Assembly: GCA_039931265.1 (NCBI GenBank)
Contig: JBDTSG010000147.1
Location: 85,451 to 149,450 of the forward strand
Length of the DNA stretch: 64,000 nt
Reading direction: 5' to 3'
Source of the DNA: Flavobacteriales bacterium
Lineage (GTDB): Bacteria > Bacteroidota > Bacteroidia > Flavobacteriales_F > PHOS-HE28
Below, one piece after another: positions 49,752-57,579 of the stretch. The stretch's first letter is position 1. Each line of letters starts with the position of its first letter. Both the position numbers and the translations under genes were made by a program. The notes beneath the pieces are model-generated. The model was not told where the DNA came from. It did not search any database and saw nothing but the letters and a program-made list of their open reading frames with translations.

Positions 49752-49786
49752 TCGCTAATTCGCTAATTGCCTCATTCGCTAATTAT
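49747..49786. repeat. AATTAGCGAAT-unit inverted-repeat arm (proximal arm); contains the preT stop and the four-helix-bundle ATG
   Basis: The minus strand reads TAATTAGCGAATGAGGCAATTAGCGAATTAGCGAATGGG. The leading TAA is the preT stop (49783-49785) and the last ATG is the four-helix-bundle start (49749-49751). Confidence 0.8.
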
Positions 49787-51126
49787 CTCTTCAGCCACTG
49801 GTCGATCCCATGCGCCGCCTTCTTCGCTTCCGCCGCCGCGTTCACCACTTCCACACCACCGTTCACCGCATCACCTGCGGCGAAATACTTCGGGTTGTTG
49901 GTCTGGAACAGTTCGTTCACCACAATGCGGCCGCGGTTGTCGAGAATGCGGCCTTTCACGTCAAGCTTCACGCCGCTGATCTGCTCCAACAATTCCACCT
50001 GCTTGCTCTGGCCCGTGCCGAGGATCAGCATGTCACACGGCTCCACGAAGTCGCTGCCAGGAATGTTCTCCATCTTCCCATAGGCTGATCGCGTGCGGAT
50101 GAACTTCACCCCTTCCACCTTGCCGTTGCCTATGACTTCCACCGGCACCACGTTGAACAGCGCCTTCGCGCCGCTCTTCTTCGCCAAGTCGAACTCGAAG
50201 CTGTACGCGCCCATCTCTTCCGGTCCGCGACGGTAGGCGATCGTCACGCTCTCCGCGCCCATGCGGCAACTCTCGCTCGCGGCGTCCATGGCCGTGTTGC
50301 CGCCGCCGAGCACGATCACCTTGTTGCCAACTGGTGTGGTGAGATGCTTCGCGCGCAGCTGCTCCACGAACTCCACTGCACCGATCACGCCTGCCTTGTC
50401 CTCGCCCGTGATCCCGAGCCGCGATGTGCCGCCGAGTCCGATGCCGATGAAGATCGCATCGTAGTCCTTTTCCAGCTTGTCCAGCGCCGTGCGATCGCTG
50501 ATCGGCTTGTTGTAGTGTGTGCTGAAACCGAACTGATCCTGCAGGTAGGCGATCTCGTCCACCGCCTGTTCGTTGGTGAGCTTGTAGGGAGCCACGCCGT
50601 AGACACAAAGACCGCTCGGCTTGGCCTTGGCTTCGTACACGTCCACCGTGTAGCCGAGCATCAGCAGTTCGCACGCGCACGAGATCCCCGCCGGTCCCGC
50701 ACCGATCACAGCCACCTTCTTCCCGTTCGGCTTGCCGGTTATGAAGAGCTTCTTCTTCTCGCGGATCGCTTTGCCCGTGGCGTGTGCCTGCAAACGACCG
50801 ATCTCGATCGGCTTCACATCGCTGTGGTTGTAGACACAAGCGCCTTCGCACAACTCCTCGGTCGGACACACCTGCCCGCACGCATGGCCCATCCAGTTGC
50901 TGTCGTAGATCGTCTTCGCAGCGCCAGTGTCATTCCCCGAATTGATCTGGCGGATGAAGAGCGGGATGTCGATGCCAGTGGGGCACGCGTTGATGCACGG
51001 GGCATCGTAGCAGTATAGACAGCGCGAGCTCTCGTAGTACGCCTCCGTCTGGGTCATCAGGGGCTTCTTCGGGTGGAAGTTCTTTTCGAACTCGGCCTCG
51101 GTGGTAGGTCTCTTGTACTCTGCCAT
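49783..51126 (-). CDS. preT: NAD-dependent dihydropyrimidine dehydrogenase subunit PreT (GltD-like)
   Basis: N-terminal Fe-S cysteines (CLYCYDAPCINACPTGIDIP) and two dinucleotide folds (VIGAGPAG, VLGGGNTAMD). Confidence 0.88.
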   Translation of the reverse strand: MAEYKRPTTEAEFEKNFHPKKPLMTQTEAYYESSRCLYCYDAPCINACPTGIDIPLFIRQINSGNDTGAAKTIYDSNWMGHACGQVCPTEELCEGACVYNHSDVKPIEIGRLQAHATGKAIREKKKLFITGKPNGKKVAVIGAGPAGISCACELLMLGYTVDVYEAKAKPSGLCVYGVAPYKLTNEQAVDEIAYLQDQFGFSTHYNKPISDRTALDKLEKDYDAIFIGIGLGGTSRLGITGEDKAGVIGAVEFVEQLRAKHLTTPVGNKVIVLGGGNTAMDAASESCRMGAESVTIAYRRGPEEMGAYSFEFDLAKKSGAKALFNVVPVEVIGNGKVEGVKFIRTRSAYGKMENIPGSDFVEPCDMLILGTGQSKQVELLEQISGVKLDVKGRILDNRGRIVVNELFQTNNPKYFAAGDAVNGGVEVVNAAAEAKKAAHGIDQWLKR

Positions 51127-51150
51127 GTTGTGCGATCAAATACTGGCCTT

Positions 51151-51232
51151 GAGCTGCGAGCCGCGAGCCACGAGCTTGATCCGGTTCTAAAACCCGGTCA
51201 AGCTCGTGGCTCGAAGCTCATGGCTCGCAGCT
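51151..51232. repeat. Long imperfect palindrome (CGAGCC/GAGCT-unit hairpin) between the beta-ureidopropionase and preT genes
   Basis: The arm agctgcgagcc...gagccacgagcttga (51152-51179) pairs with tcaagctcgtggctc...ggctcgcagct (51198-51232) around ccggttctaaaacccgg. By hand this gives about 30 paired positions with one ~8-nt bulge. Confidence 0.7.
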
Positions 51233-51243
51233 ATCCAAGTTGA

Positions 51244-52110
51244 TTAGAGTTCAACGATCTTCCCATACGTCTCCGGCCTGCGATCCCGGAAGAACTGCCA
51301 CGTGCTGCGCACCTCTTCGATCATGTCCAAGTCGAACTCGGCGACAAGCAGTTCATCATCATCGCGCGATGCTTGCTTGAAGATCTGCCCACGCGGGTCG
51401 ACGAAGTAGGACTGCCCGTAGAACTTGCCGAGGTTCCATGGCTTCTCTTCACCAACACGGTTGATACAGCCCATGAAGTAGCCGTTCGCCGCGGCGTGTG
51501 CCGGTTGCTCCAGCTTCCACAGGTATTCGCTCAGTCCGGCAACGGTGGCGCTGGGGTTGTAGACTATCTCCGCGCCGTTCAGTCCGAGGCAGCGTGCGCC
51601 ATCGGGGAAGTGGCGATCGTAGCAGATGTACACGCCCACCTTGGCATACTTGGTCTGGAAGACCGGATAGCCGAGGTTGCCGGGTTTGAAGAAGAACTTC
51701 TCCCAGAAGCCGCTCGTGTGCGGGATGTGGTTCTTGCGGTACTTCCCCAGATAGGTGCCGTCCGCATCGATCACAGCCGCGGTGTTGTACAGCACGCCCG
51801 CTTGTTCCTTCTCGTAGATCGGAACGACGATGACCATGTTGTACTTCTTCGCGTACTGCGCCATCAGCTCTGTCGTGGGACCGGGCACGCTCTCCGCGCT
51901 CTCGTACCACTTCCGGTCCTGGCCCGGACAGAAGTAGGGCGTGTTGAAGATCTCTTGCAAGCAGAGGATCTGCACACCTTGCTGGCCGGCTTTTTCAATG
52001 TACGGGATGTGCTTCTGAACCATCGCGTCGATGATCTCTTGGATCGTGCCTTCACCCTCCGTCTTCGGAAGGCTCATCTGTATGAGGCCGCTCTTGACTT
52101 TCCTTGGCAT
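51244..52110 (-). CDS. Beta-ureidopropionase (N-carbamoyl-beta-alanine amidohydrolase), CN-hydrolase family
   Basis: Nitrilase-superfamily blocks (LCLQEIF, YRKNHIP, VYICYDRHFPD with the catalytic Cys). I chose the start at MPRKVKSGLIQMS (ATG 52108-52110). Confidence 0.8.
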   Translation of the reverse strand: MPRKVKSGLIQMSLPKTEGEGTIQEIIDAMVQKHIPYIEKAGQQGVQILCLQEIFNTPYFCPGQDRKWYESAESVPGPTTELMAQYAKKYNMVIVVPIYEKEQAGVLYNTAAVIDADGTYLGKYRKNHIPHTSGFWEKFFFKPGNLGYPVFQTKYAKVGVYICYDRHFPDGARCLGLNGAEIVYNPSATVAGLSEYLWKLEQPAHAAANGYFMGCINRVGEEKPWNLGKFYGQSYFVDPRGQIFKQASRDDDELLVAEFDLDMIEEVRSTWQFFRDRRPETYGKIVEL

Positions 52111-52223
52111 GGGTAAGTGCGTTTCGGGTTGACGTTCGCCAATGTAGCCACCTGTTCGCTCGCTTCGGCGCGCGGCACCGAAGACCTGTGCCAAGCTATA
52201 CTTGCTTCGCCCCACCAGCCCCC

Positions 52224-52913
52224 ATGAGCCACCAGACCGAGGACTTCCGTGATGAAGTGAAGAAGGAGTTCCAACTGGAACGCATGATCCTGTTCAGCGA
52301 TGCGGTCTTCGCCATCGTGATCACGCTGATGGCCATCGAGATCAAGCTTCCGGAAGGTGCACACCTGGGCACCACCATGAGCAACGCCCATGCCCTCCAC
52401 CTGCTGGTCCCGGCGATCACGGCATACGTCATCAGCTTCTTCGTTATCGGGGCCATCTGGTACAGGCACCTGCGCCTGTTCAGCATCCTGAAGGACTATG
52501 ACAAGGGTTTGGTGATCCACAACCTTGCCTTGCTCTTCTTCATCGGACTTTTTCCCTTCACTGCGTCGCTGTTCACGCATGCACAAGGTTCGGTGCTTGC
52601 ATACACGCTGTACCTCGGGATGATCTACTGCTGCTTGGTCGCCCAGCTCCTATTGCAACGCTATATCCTCGTGCGACGACCGGGACTGTGCGTCAACACG
52701 GATCTCTCGGAGCACAAGCGATTGTACCAACGCACCCAGGTGCTCACCATCTCCTTCGGGATCAGCATCGCGTTGATCTTTCTCACCCGGCAGTTGATCA
52801 CCGACCCCGAAATGAAGACCATGGCAACGTGGTGGATCTTCCTGGTGCCGCTCTCCGTGCGGATCTTCGCGAAGAAGAAACCCAAGGCGGCGGCGGTGGC
52901 AGCAAAAGACTGA
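52224..52913 (+). CDS. TMEM175-family (DUF1211) potassium-channel-like membrane protein
   Basis: RMILFSDAVFAIVITLMAIEIK matches the FSDGVFAIAITLL signature helix; six TM segments. Confidence 0.75.
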   Translation: MSHQTEDFRDEVKKEFQLERMILFSDAVFAIVITLMAIEIKLPEGAHLGTTMSNAHALHLLVPAITAYVISFFVIGAIWYRHLRLFSILKDYDKGLVIHNLALLFFIGLFPFTASLFTHAQGSVLAYTLYLGMIYCCLVAQLLLQRYILVRRPGLCVNTDLSEHKRLYQRTQVLTISFGISIALIFLTRQLITDPEMKTMATWWIFLVPLSVRIFAKKKPKAAAVAAKD

Positions 52914-52968
52914 GCGGTTTCTTTCGTTCGGGCGTGCCGGCTCGAATACTCGCCTTCGTTACTGGCTA

Positions 52969-53433
52969 CTATGGATACCTTAACGGTTGGAGGTTGAACC
53001 TCACGCCTTCTTTGTGATCAGGAGGAAAGACAGGACTCTTTATGCCGAAAGGTCCTGATCCATTTCTCTGGTAGTAGTAAGCCTTAGACTCTGAAGAAAA
53101 TCGTCCGGAGCAGAGCAGTCTGAGAACCGTGCGATCATCAACGACCGATTCAACTGAAACATCGATCCAAACAGGTACTTTCTCATTGCGACACAAAAGA
53201 TCGACGACCTCTTGGTCTTTGATCAACAAGTGGCGAACACCTGCATCTTCAGGATAAACGTCGAACTGCTCTAGTTCAGGACTATCGTTCGAGATGTTGA
53301 GAAAGACGTTGTATCGAAACTCGGTAGTCAGCCTATCACTGACCATCTCTTCAGCGAACTTGAAGGCAGCATAGCTTGCCCCGAGAAGTAGGAAGCGGAA
53401 ATCAGTCTTGTTCATTACAGTTGTATCACTCAC
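52969..53433 (-). CDS. Hypothetical protein in an AT-richer segment
   Basis: The track start is GTG (53431-53433), overlapping the dihydropyrimidinase TGA (GTGA). An alternative ATG lies at 53413-53415 (MNKTDF...). No recognised family. The composition is visibly AT-richer than its neighbours. Confidence 0.5.
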   Translation of the reverse strand: MSDTTVMNKTDFRFLLLGASYAAFKFAEEMVSDRLTTEFRYNVFLNISNDSPELEQFDVYPEDAGVRHLLIKDQEVVDLLCRNEKVPVWIDVSVESVVDDRTVLRLLCSGRFSSESKAYYYQRNGSGPFGIKSPVFPPDHKEGVRFNLQPLRYP

Positions 53434-54809
53434 AGCATCCCACTCACCTTGTTCCGCTTCACGAACTGCCCGTAGCCCTTCTTGATCTTCGTCTCCCCCT
53501 TCTCAATCGCCACTTGGCCGCGCAGGATCACGGTCTTCACCTTGCCCGTGAGTTGCATGCCTTCGTAGGCGCTGTAGTCCACGTTCATGTGGTGCGTTTT
53601 CGCGCTGAGGGTGTGGCGCTCGTTGGGGTCGAGCAGGATGATGTCCGCGTCGCTGCCGATGCCGATGGTGCCTTTGCGCGGGAACATGCCGAAGATCTTC
53701 GCGGGGTTGGTGGCCGTGACCTCCACGAACTTGTTCACGGTGATGCGCTTCTTGTTCACGCCTTCGCTGAAGAGCAGTTCCATGCGATGCTCGATGGCAG
53801 GATGACCGTTGGGGATCTTCGAAAAATCGTCCTTGCCGAGCAGCTTCTTCTCCCAAGTGAAGGGGCAGTGGTCCGTGGCCACTACTTGTATGCTGCCCTG
53901 GTCGATGCCGGCCCATAGTTGGGCTTGGTCCTTCTTCTCGCGCAGGGGCGGGCTCATCACCCACTTCGCGCCATCGGCCTGTTCGTAAAGCGAGGCGTCG
54001 AGCAACAGGTATTGGATGCACGTTTCAGCGAGCACACGCTGGCCGCGCCGCGCCGCATCGCGCACGTGGTTGAGCGCGCCTTCGCAGGTCATGTGGACGA
54101 TGTACGCGGGTACGCCCGTGTGCCAAGCCATATCAGCGAAGCGGCCACTGGCCTCGGCCTCGGTGATCTCCGGCTGGCTGAGGTAGTGGTACAGCGGTGA
54201 GAGCTTGCCTTCCGCGCGGTGCTTCTGGACGAGGAAGTCGATCATGTCGCCGTTGGTGGCGTGTACCGTGACCAGTCCGCCACACTTCTTCACCTCTTGC
54301 ATCAGGCCGACCATCTGGCGGTCGTCGATCATCAGCGCGCCCTTGTACGCCATGAAGGTCTTGAAGCTGGTGATGCCTTCCTGCTCGATCATCTCCTTCA
54401 CTTCCTTCTTCGTGTCGTCGTTGAAGTCGGTGACGGCCATGTGCCAGCTGAGGTCGCCATAAAGGTTGCCCTTCATTCGGCCCTGCCATTGCTCCAACGC
54501 GTGGTGCAGGCTCTTGCCCTGTGTTTGCAGGATGAAGTCGATGACGGTGGTGGTGCCACCGTGCAACGCTGCGCGCGTGCCGGTCTCGTAGTTGTCGCTG
54601 CTGTATGTGCCCATGAAAGGCATGTCGAGATGCACGTGCGGGTCGATACCGCCGGGCAGCACAAAGAGGCCTTTCGCGTCGATCACCTGCGCGCCGTCGG
54701 CTTTCAGATCGTGTCCGATGGCCTTGACGTGTTCGCCTTCGATGAGCACGTCGGCGCGGTGGAAGTCGGCGGCGGTGACGACGGTGCCGTTCTTGATGAG
54801 GAGGCTCAT
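53430..54809 (-). CDS. hydA: Dihydropyrimidinase (D-hydantoinase-type cyclic amidohydrolase)
   Basis: GGIDPHVHLDMPF metal-binding HxH block, FKTFMAYKG (carboxylated-Lys region), VHAT/ETC blocks and ATDHCPF. Confidence 0.9.
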   Translation of the reverse strand: MSLLIKNGTVVTAADFHRADVLIEGEHVKAIGHDLKADGAQVIDAKGLFVLPGGIDPHVHLDMPFMGTYSSDNYETGTRAALHGGTTTVIDFILQTQGKSLHHALEQWQGRMKGNLYGDLSWHMAVTDFNDDTKKEVKEMIEQEGITSFKTFMAYKGALMIDDRQMVGLMQEVKKCGGLVTVHATNGDMIDFLVQKHRAEGKLSPLYHYLSQPEITEAEASGRFADMAWHTGVPAYIVHMTCEGALNHVRDAARRGQRVLAETCIQYLLLDASLYEQADGAKWVMSPPLREKKDQAQLWAGIDQGSIQVVATDHCPFTWEKKLLGKDDFSKIPNGHPAIEHRMELLFSEGVNKKRITVNKFVEVTATNPAKIFGMFPRKGTIGIGSDADIILLDPNERHTLSAKTHHMNVDYSAYEGMQLTGKVKTVILRGQVAIEKGETKIKKGYGQFVKRNKVSGML

Positions 54810-54847
54810 GGTTGCTTGGTAATGTTGGTCGGTTTGCTGTTACGGAT

Positions 54848-54875
54848 CAATTGTGCAGCAGCTTGCTGCACAATT
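54848..54875. repeat. CAATTGTGCAGC-N-GCTGCACAATT palindrome, copy A
   Basis: caattgtgcagca-gct-tgctgcacaatt, 12-bp perfect arms. It directly abuts the TGA of the DUF1016 gene (54876-54878) and is preceded by gat. Confidence 0.85.
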
Positions 54876-55985
54876 TCATTTCCGCTTCCGGGGCTTGGGT
54901 TTCTTCAGCTCCTTCTCGATGTCAGAGGTGGATGGTAACAAGCGTTGCAGCTTCTTGGGCAGTTCCGCCACGAGCTTGGTGCGCCAGTCGGAAACACCGA
55001 TGGGCTTATTGGTGGCGCGCAGTGCATAATCCACCTTGAGCTTCTTGCTGTCCTGGCATAACAGCACACCGATGGTAGGCTGATCGTCGGGGTGGCGGAG
55101 CTGTTCATCCACCGCGCTCAGATAGAAACCCATCTTGCCGACATACTCCGGCTTGAAAGCGCCCATCTTCAGTTCAATGACCACGTAACTCCGCAGGCGA
55201 ACATGATAGAACAACAGGTCGATGTAGTAGTCGTCGCCTTCCACCTCCAGGTGGAACTGTTTTCCGAGGAAAGCGAAGCCCACACCCAGTTCGATGAGGA
55301 ACTTCTGGATGTGCTCCACCAACCCTTGCTCCAATTCACGCTCGCGCGCATCCAATCCCAGCGAAAGGAAATCGAATGTGTATGGATCCTTGAGCGTTTG
55401 ATGCGCCAGGTCCGAGCGGTCAGGCGGCAACGTGCGCTTGAAGTTGGTGATCGCTCTACCATGCCGCTTATGCGCCTTGGCCGCGATCTGCATGGCCAGC
55501 ACGGAGCGGCTCCAACCGTGCTGTAGTGCTGCTGCCGCGTACCAGCGGCGATCCTCGGCCTTCTTGAGCTTGTCGAGCAGCACCAAGTTGTGTGCCCATG
55601 GCAATTGTGCAGCAGCCTGCTGCACAATTGCGATCTCGGGATACGCTTCGGCGAAAGCCCGCATGTAAAGCAGGTTGCGCGGCGAGAGGCCGCCCATCTG
55701 CGGGAACTCGGCCAGCAGGTCGGCCCCCAAGCGTTCCACCACTTTGCTGCCCCAGCCTTCCTTCCCCTGCCGATCAAGGATCTCGTGCCCGATCCGCCAA
55801 TAGAGCGCGATCAGTTCCGTATTCACCGATAGCGCCGCCTTCACTTGTGCCTTGCGGATGCGGTCTTTCAAGCCCGTCAGGAACTGTTCATAGCCAACGG
55901 GCAGTGCCGCATCGGTGGATCGCTTCGCAACTTTCCTGGACATGTCGCCAATGTAGAACAGGCTTTCCGCCGAGTGATGGACCAT
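54876..55985 (-). CDS. DUF1016 / YhcG-type PD-(D/E)XK nuclease domain protein
   Basis: N-terminal DUF1016-type helical region (LYWRIGHEILDRQ..., IVQQAAAQLPWAHN) and a C-terminal nuclease core (YYIDLLFYH...YVVIELKMG, i.e. D...ELK). Confidence 0.85.
   Translation of the reverse strand: MVHHSAESLFYIGDMSRKVAKRSTDAALPVGYEQFLTGLKDRIRKAQVKAALSVNTELIALYWRIGHEILDRQGKEGWGSKVVERLGADLLAEFPQMGGLSPRNLLYMRAFAEAYPEIAIVQQAAAQLPWAHNLVLLDKLKKAEDRRWYAAAALQHGWSRSVLAMQIAAKAHKRHGRAITNFKRTLPPDRSDLAHQTLKDPYTFDFLSLGLDARERELEQGLVEHIQKFLIELGVGFAFLGKQFHLEVEGDDYYIDLLFYHVRLRSYVVIELKMGAFKPEYVGKMGFYLSAVDEQLRHPDDQPTIGVLLCQDSKKLKVDYALRATNKPIGVSDWRTKLVAELPKKLQRLLPSTSDIEKELKKPKPRKRK
55602..55630. repeat. Same palindrome, copy B (inside the DUF1016 coding sequence)
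   Basis: caattgtgcagcagcctgctgcacaattg. On the minus strand it encodes AIVQQAAAQLP. Confidence 0.85.
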
Positions 55986-55993
55986 GGGGCGAT

Positions 55994-56022
55994 CAATTGT
56001 GCAGCAGGTTGCTGCACAATTG
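55994..56022. repeat. Same palindrome, copy C (just upstream of the DUF1016 ATG)
   Basis: caattgtgcagcaggttgctgcacaattg, preceded by gat. Including its flank gccacg, it matches the reverse complement of copy B (gccatg) with 2 mismatches over about 35 nt. Confidence 0.85.
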
Positions 56023-56106
56023 CCACGATCCGCTCCCGCTCGATCATCAGAGTTGGACGGTGATATGCCGAAACCCCTACATGACCGGCTCCAGACCGTT
56101 CAAGAT

Positions 56107-56133
56107 CAATTGTGCAGCGATCGCTGCACAATT
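56107..56133. repeat. Same palindrome, copy D (overlaps the NCS1 permease stop codon)
   Basis: caattgtgcagc-gat-cgctgcacaatt, preceded by gat. The permease TAA (56132-56134) overlaps its last 2 nt. Confidence 0.85.
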
Positions 56134-57574
56134 AGCGCCGACCCTTCATCAACAACGAATATGCAGCGCCGGACACCACGAAGCCCACGAACCACGCATA
56201 GTGGTAGAGGCCGTTGATCCATGCGGGCATCGCTTCGGGTGACACGACCCCGATCTGGGCCAAGAAGCCCGGGACATTCGGAAGAATGCCGACCAACAAA
56301 GCGATGATCGCGGCGCTATTGAATCCGCCGCCGTACGCGTAACGGCCTTTCGTGCTGTAGAGATCGTTCACGTCCAACTGCTGGCGTCTGATGAAGAAGT
56401 AGTCGACGATCATGATCCCGCCGATGGGGCCGAGCAAGCTGCTGTACGCGATGAGCCAGGTGAAGATGTAGCCGCTGGGATCCGCGATCAACTTCCACGG
56501 GAAGATGAGGATGCCGATGATGCCCGTGATGTAGCCGCCGCGCTTGAAGTCGATGCGCTTGGGCGCGAGGTTGGCAAAGTCGTTGGCGGGGCTGACGATG
56601 TTGGCCGCGATATTGGTGGCGAGCGTGCTGATGGCCACGCAGATCATGGCGATGCTCACGAGCAACTTGCTGTCGAAGCGCTCGGCTATCGCCAGCGGAT
56701 CCCAAAGGGTGGTGCCGTAGATGATGGTGGTGGCGGAAGTCACGACCACGCCGATAAAGGCGAACATCGTCATGCTCGGTGCAAGGCCGATGGCCTGCCC
56801 GCTGATCTGCGCGCGCTGGCTCTTGGCGTAACGTGTGAAGTCGGGGATGTTGAGCGATAGCGTGGCCCAGAAGCCGACCATGCCCGTGAGCGCCGGGAAG
56901 AAGAAGTTCCAGAACTCGGCGCTGGTCGCGAACTTGGAGGGTTGTGCGAGGATCGGCCCGAAACCATGCGCGGCACTGAGCGCCCACCACAGCAAGGCCA
57001 GCGCAGCGAGCGGCAGGAAGATCGCCTTCACCACGAGCAGGCGGCGGATGATCTCCACGCCGTAGTATACCACCACCATGTTCAACAACCAAAAGAGCAG
57101 GAAGGCGATCGCCGGACCCGTACCAAGACCTACCCACGACGGCAGGAATTGCGGCAGGTGGATCGCATCGCCGAACCAGACTTTCACCATTAAGTAGATC
57201 GAGTGCCCCCCGATCCACGTCTGGATCCCGAACCAACCACACGCCACGATCGCCCGCAGCATCGCCGGGATGTTCGCGCCGCGCACACCGAAGCTGGCAC
57301 GCGCGAGCACGGGGAACGGGATGCCATACTTGGCACCGGCATGGCCGTTCAGGATCATCGGCACCAGCACGATGGCGTTGCCGAGGAACACTGTTAGGAT
57401 GGCCTGCCACCAGTTCATGCCGCCCTCGATCAACGAACTGGCGAGCATGTACGTGGGAATGCACAAGCTCATGCTGATCCACAGCGCGGCGTAGTTCCAC
57501 GTGCCCCACGTGCGTTTGGCGGGCGGAACCGGCGCGAGGTCTTCGCTGTAGAGGGAGGGGTCTTCCAAAAGCAA
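56132..57574 (-). CDS. NCS1-family nucleobase:cation symporter (cytosine/uracil/hydantoin-type permease)
   Basis: 12-TM NCS1 layout with the N-terminal DLAPVPPAKRTW block. The called start is TTG (57572-57574), and no in-frame ATG lies nearby. Confidence 0.88.
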   Translation of the reverse strand: MLLEDPSLYSEDLAPVPPAKRTWGTWNYAALWISMSLCIPTYMLASSLIEGGMNWWQAILTVFLGNAIVLVPMILNGHAGAKYGIPFPVLARASFGVRGANIPAMLRAIVACGWFGIQTWIGGHSIYLMVKVWFGDAIHLPQFLPSWVGLGTGPAIAFLLFWLLNMVVVYYGVEIIRRLLVVKAIFLPLAALALLWWALSAAHGFGPILAQPSKFATSAEFWNFFFPALTGMVGFWATLSLNIPDFTRYAKSQRAQISGQAIGLAPSMTMFAFIGVVVTSATTIIYGTTLWDPLAIAERFDSKLLVSIAMICVAISTLATNIAANIVSPANDFANLAPKRIDFKRGGYITGIIGILIFPWKLIADPSGYIFTWLIAYSSLLGPIGGIMIVDYFFIRRQQLDVNDLYSTKGRYAYGGGFNSAAIIALLVGILPNVPGFLAQIGVVSPEAMPAWINGLYHYAWFVGFVVSGAAYSLLMKGRR

Positions 57575-57579
57575 TGTGG

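Noticed and set aside
48185-51018. Several 150-340-aa ORFs overlapping preA and preT on both strands
   Set aside because: These are shadow ORFs of two genes with clear Fe-S and Rossmann motifs.
55877-56131. 84-aa minus-strand ORF containing IVAIVQQPAAQLIAPW (looks like a second DUF1016 fragment)
   Set aside because: The resemblance comes only from palindrome copy C read in frame, and the rest of the ORF has no DUF1016 similarity. I treat it as part of the repeat finding rather than as a gene.
54848-56133. Possible CRISPR array formed by the four CAATTGTGCAGC...GCTGCACAATT copies
   Set aside because: The spacings are irregular (about 754, 392 and 113 nt). One copy is inside a coding sequence, the repeats are self-palindromic with variable centres, and no cas genes are present.
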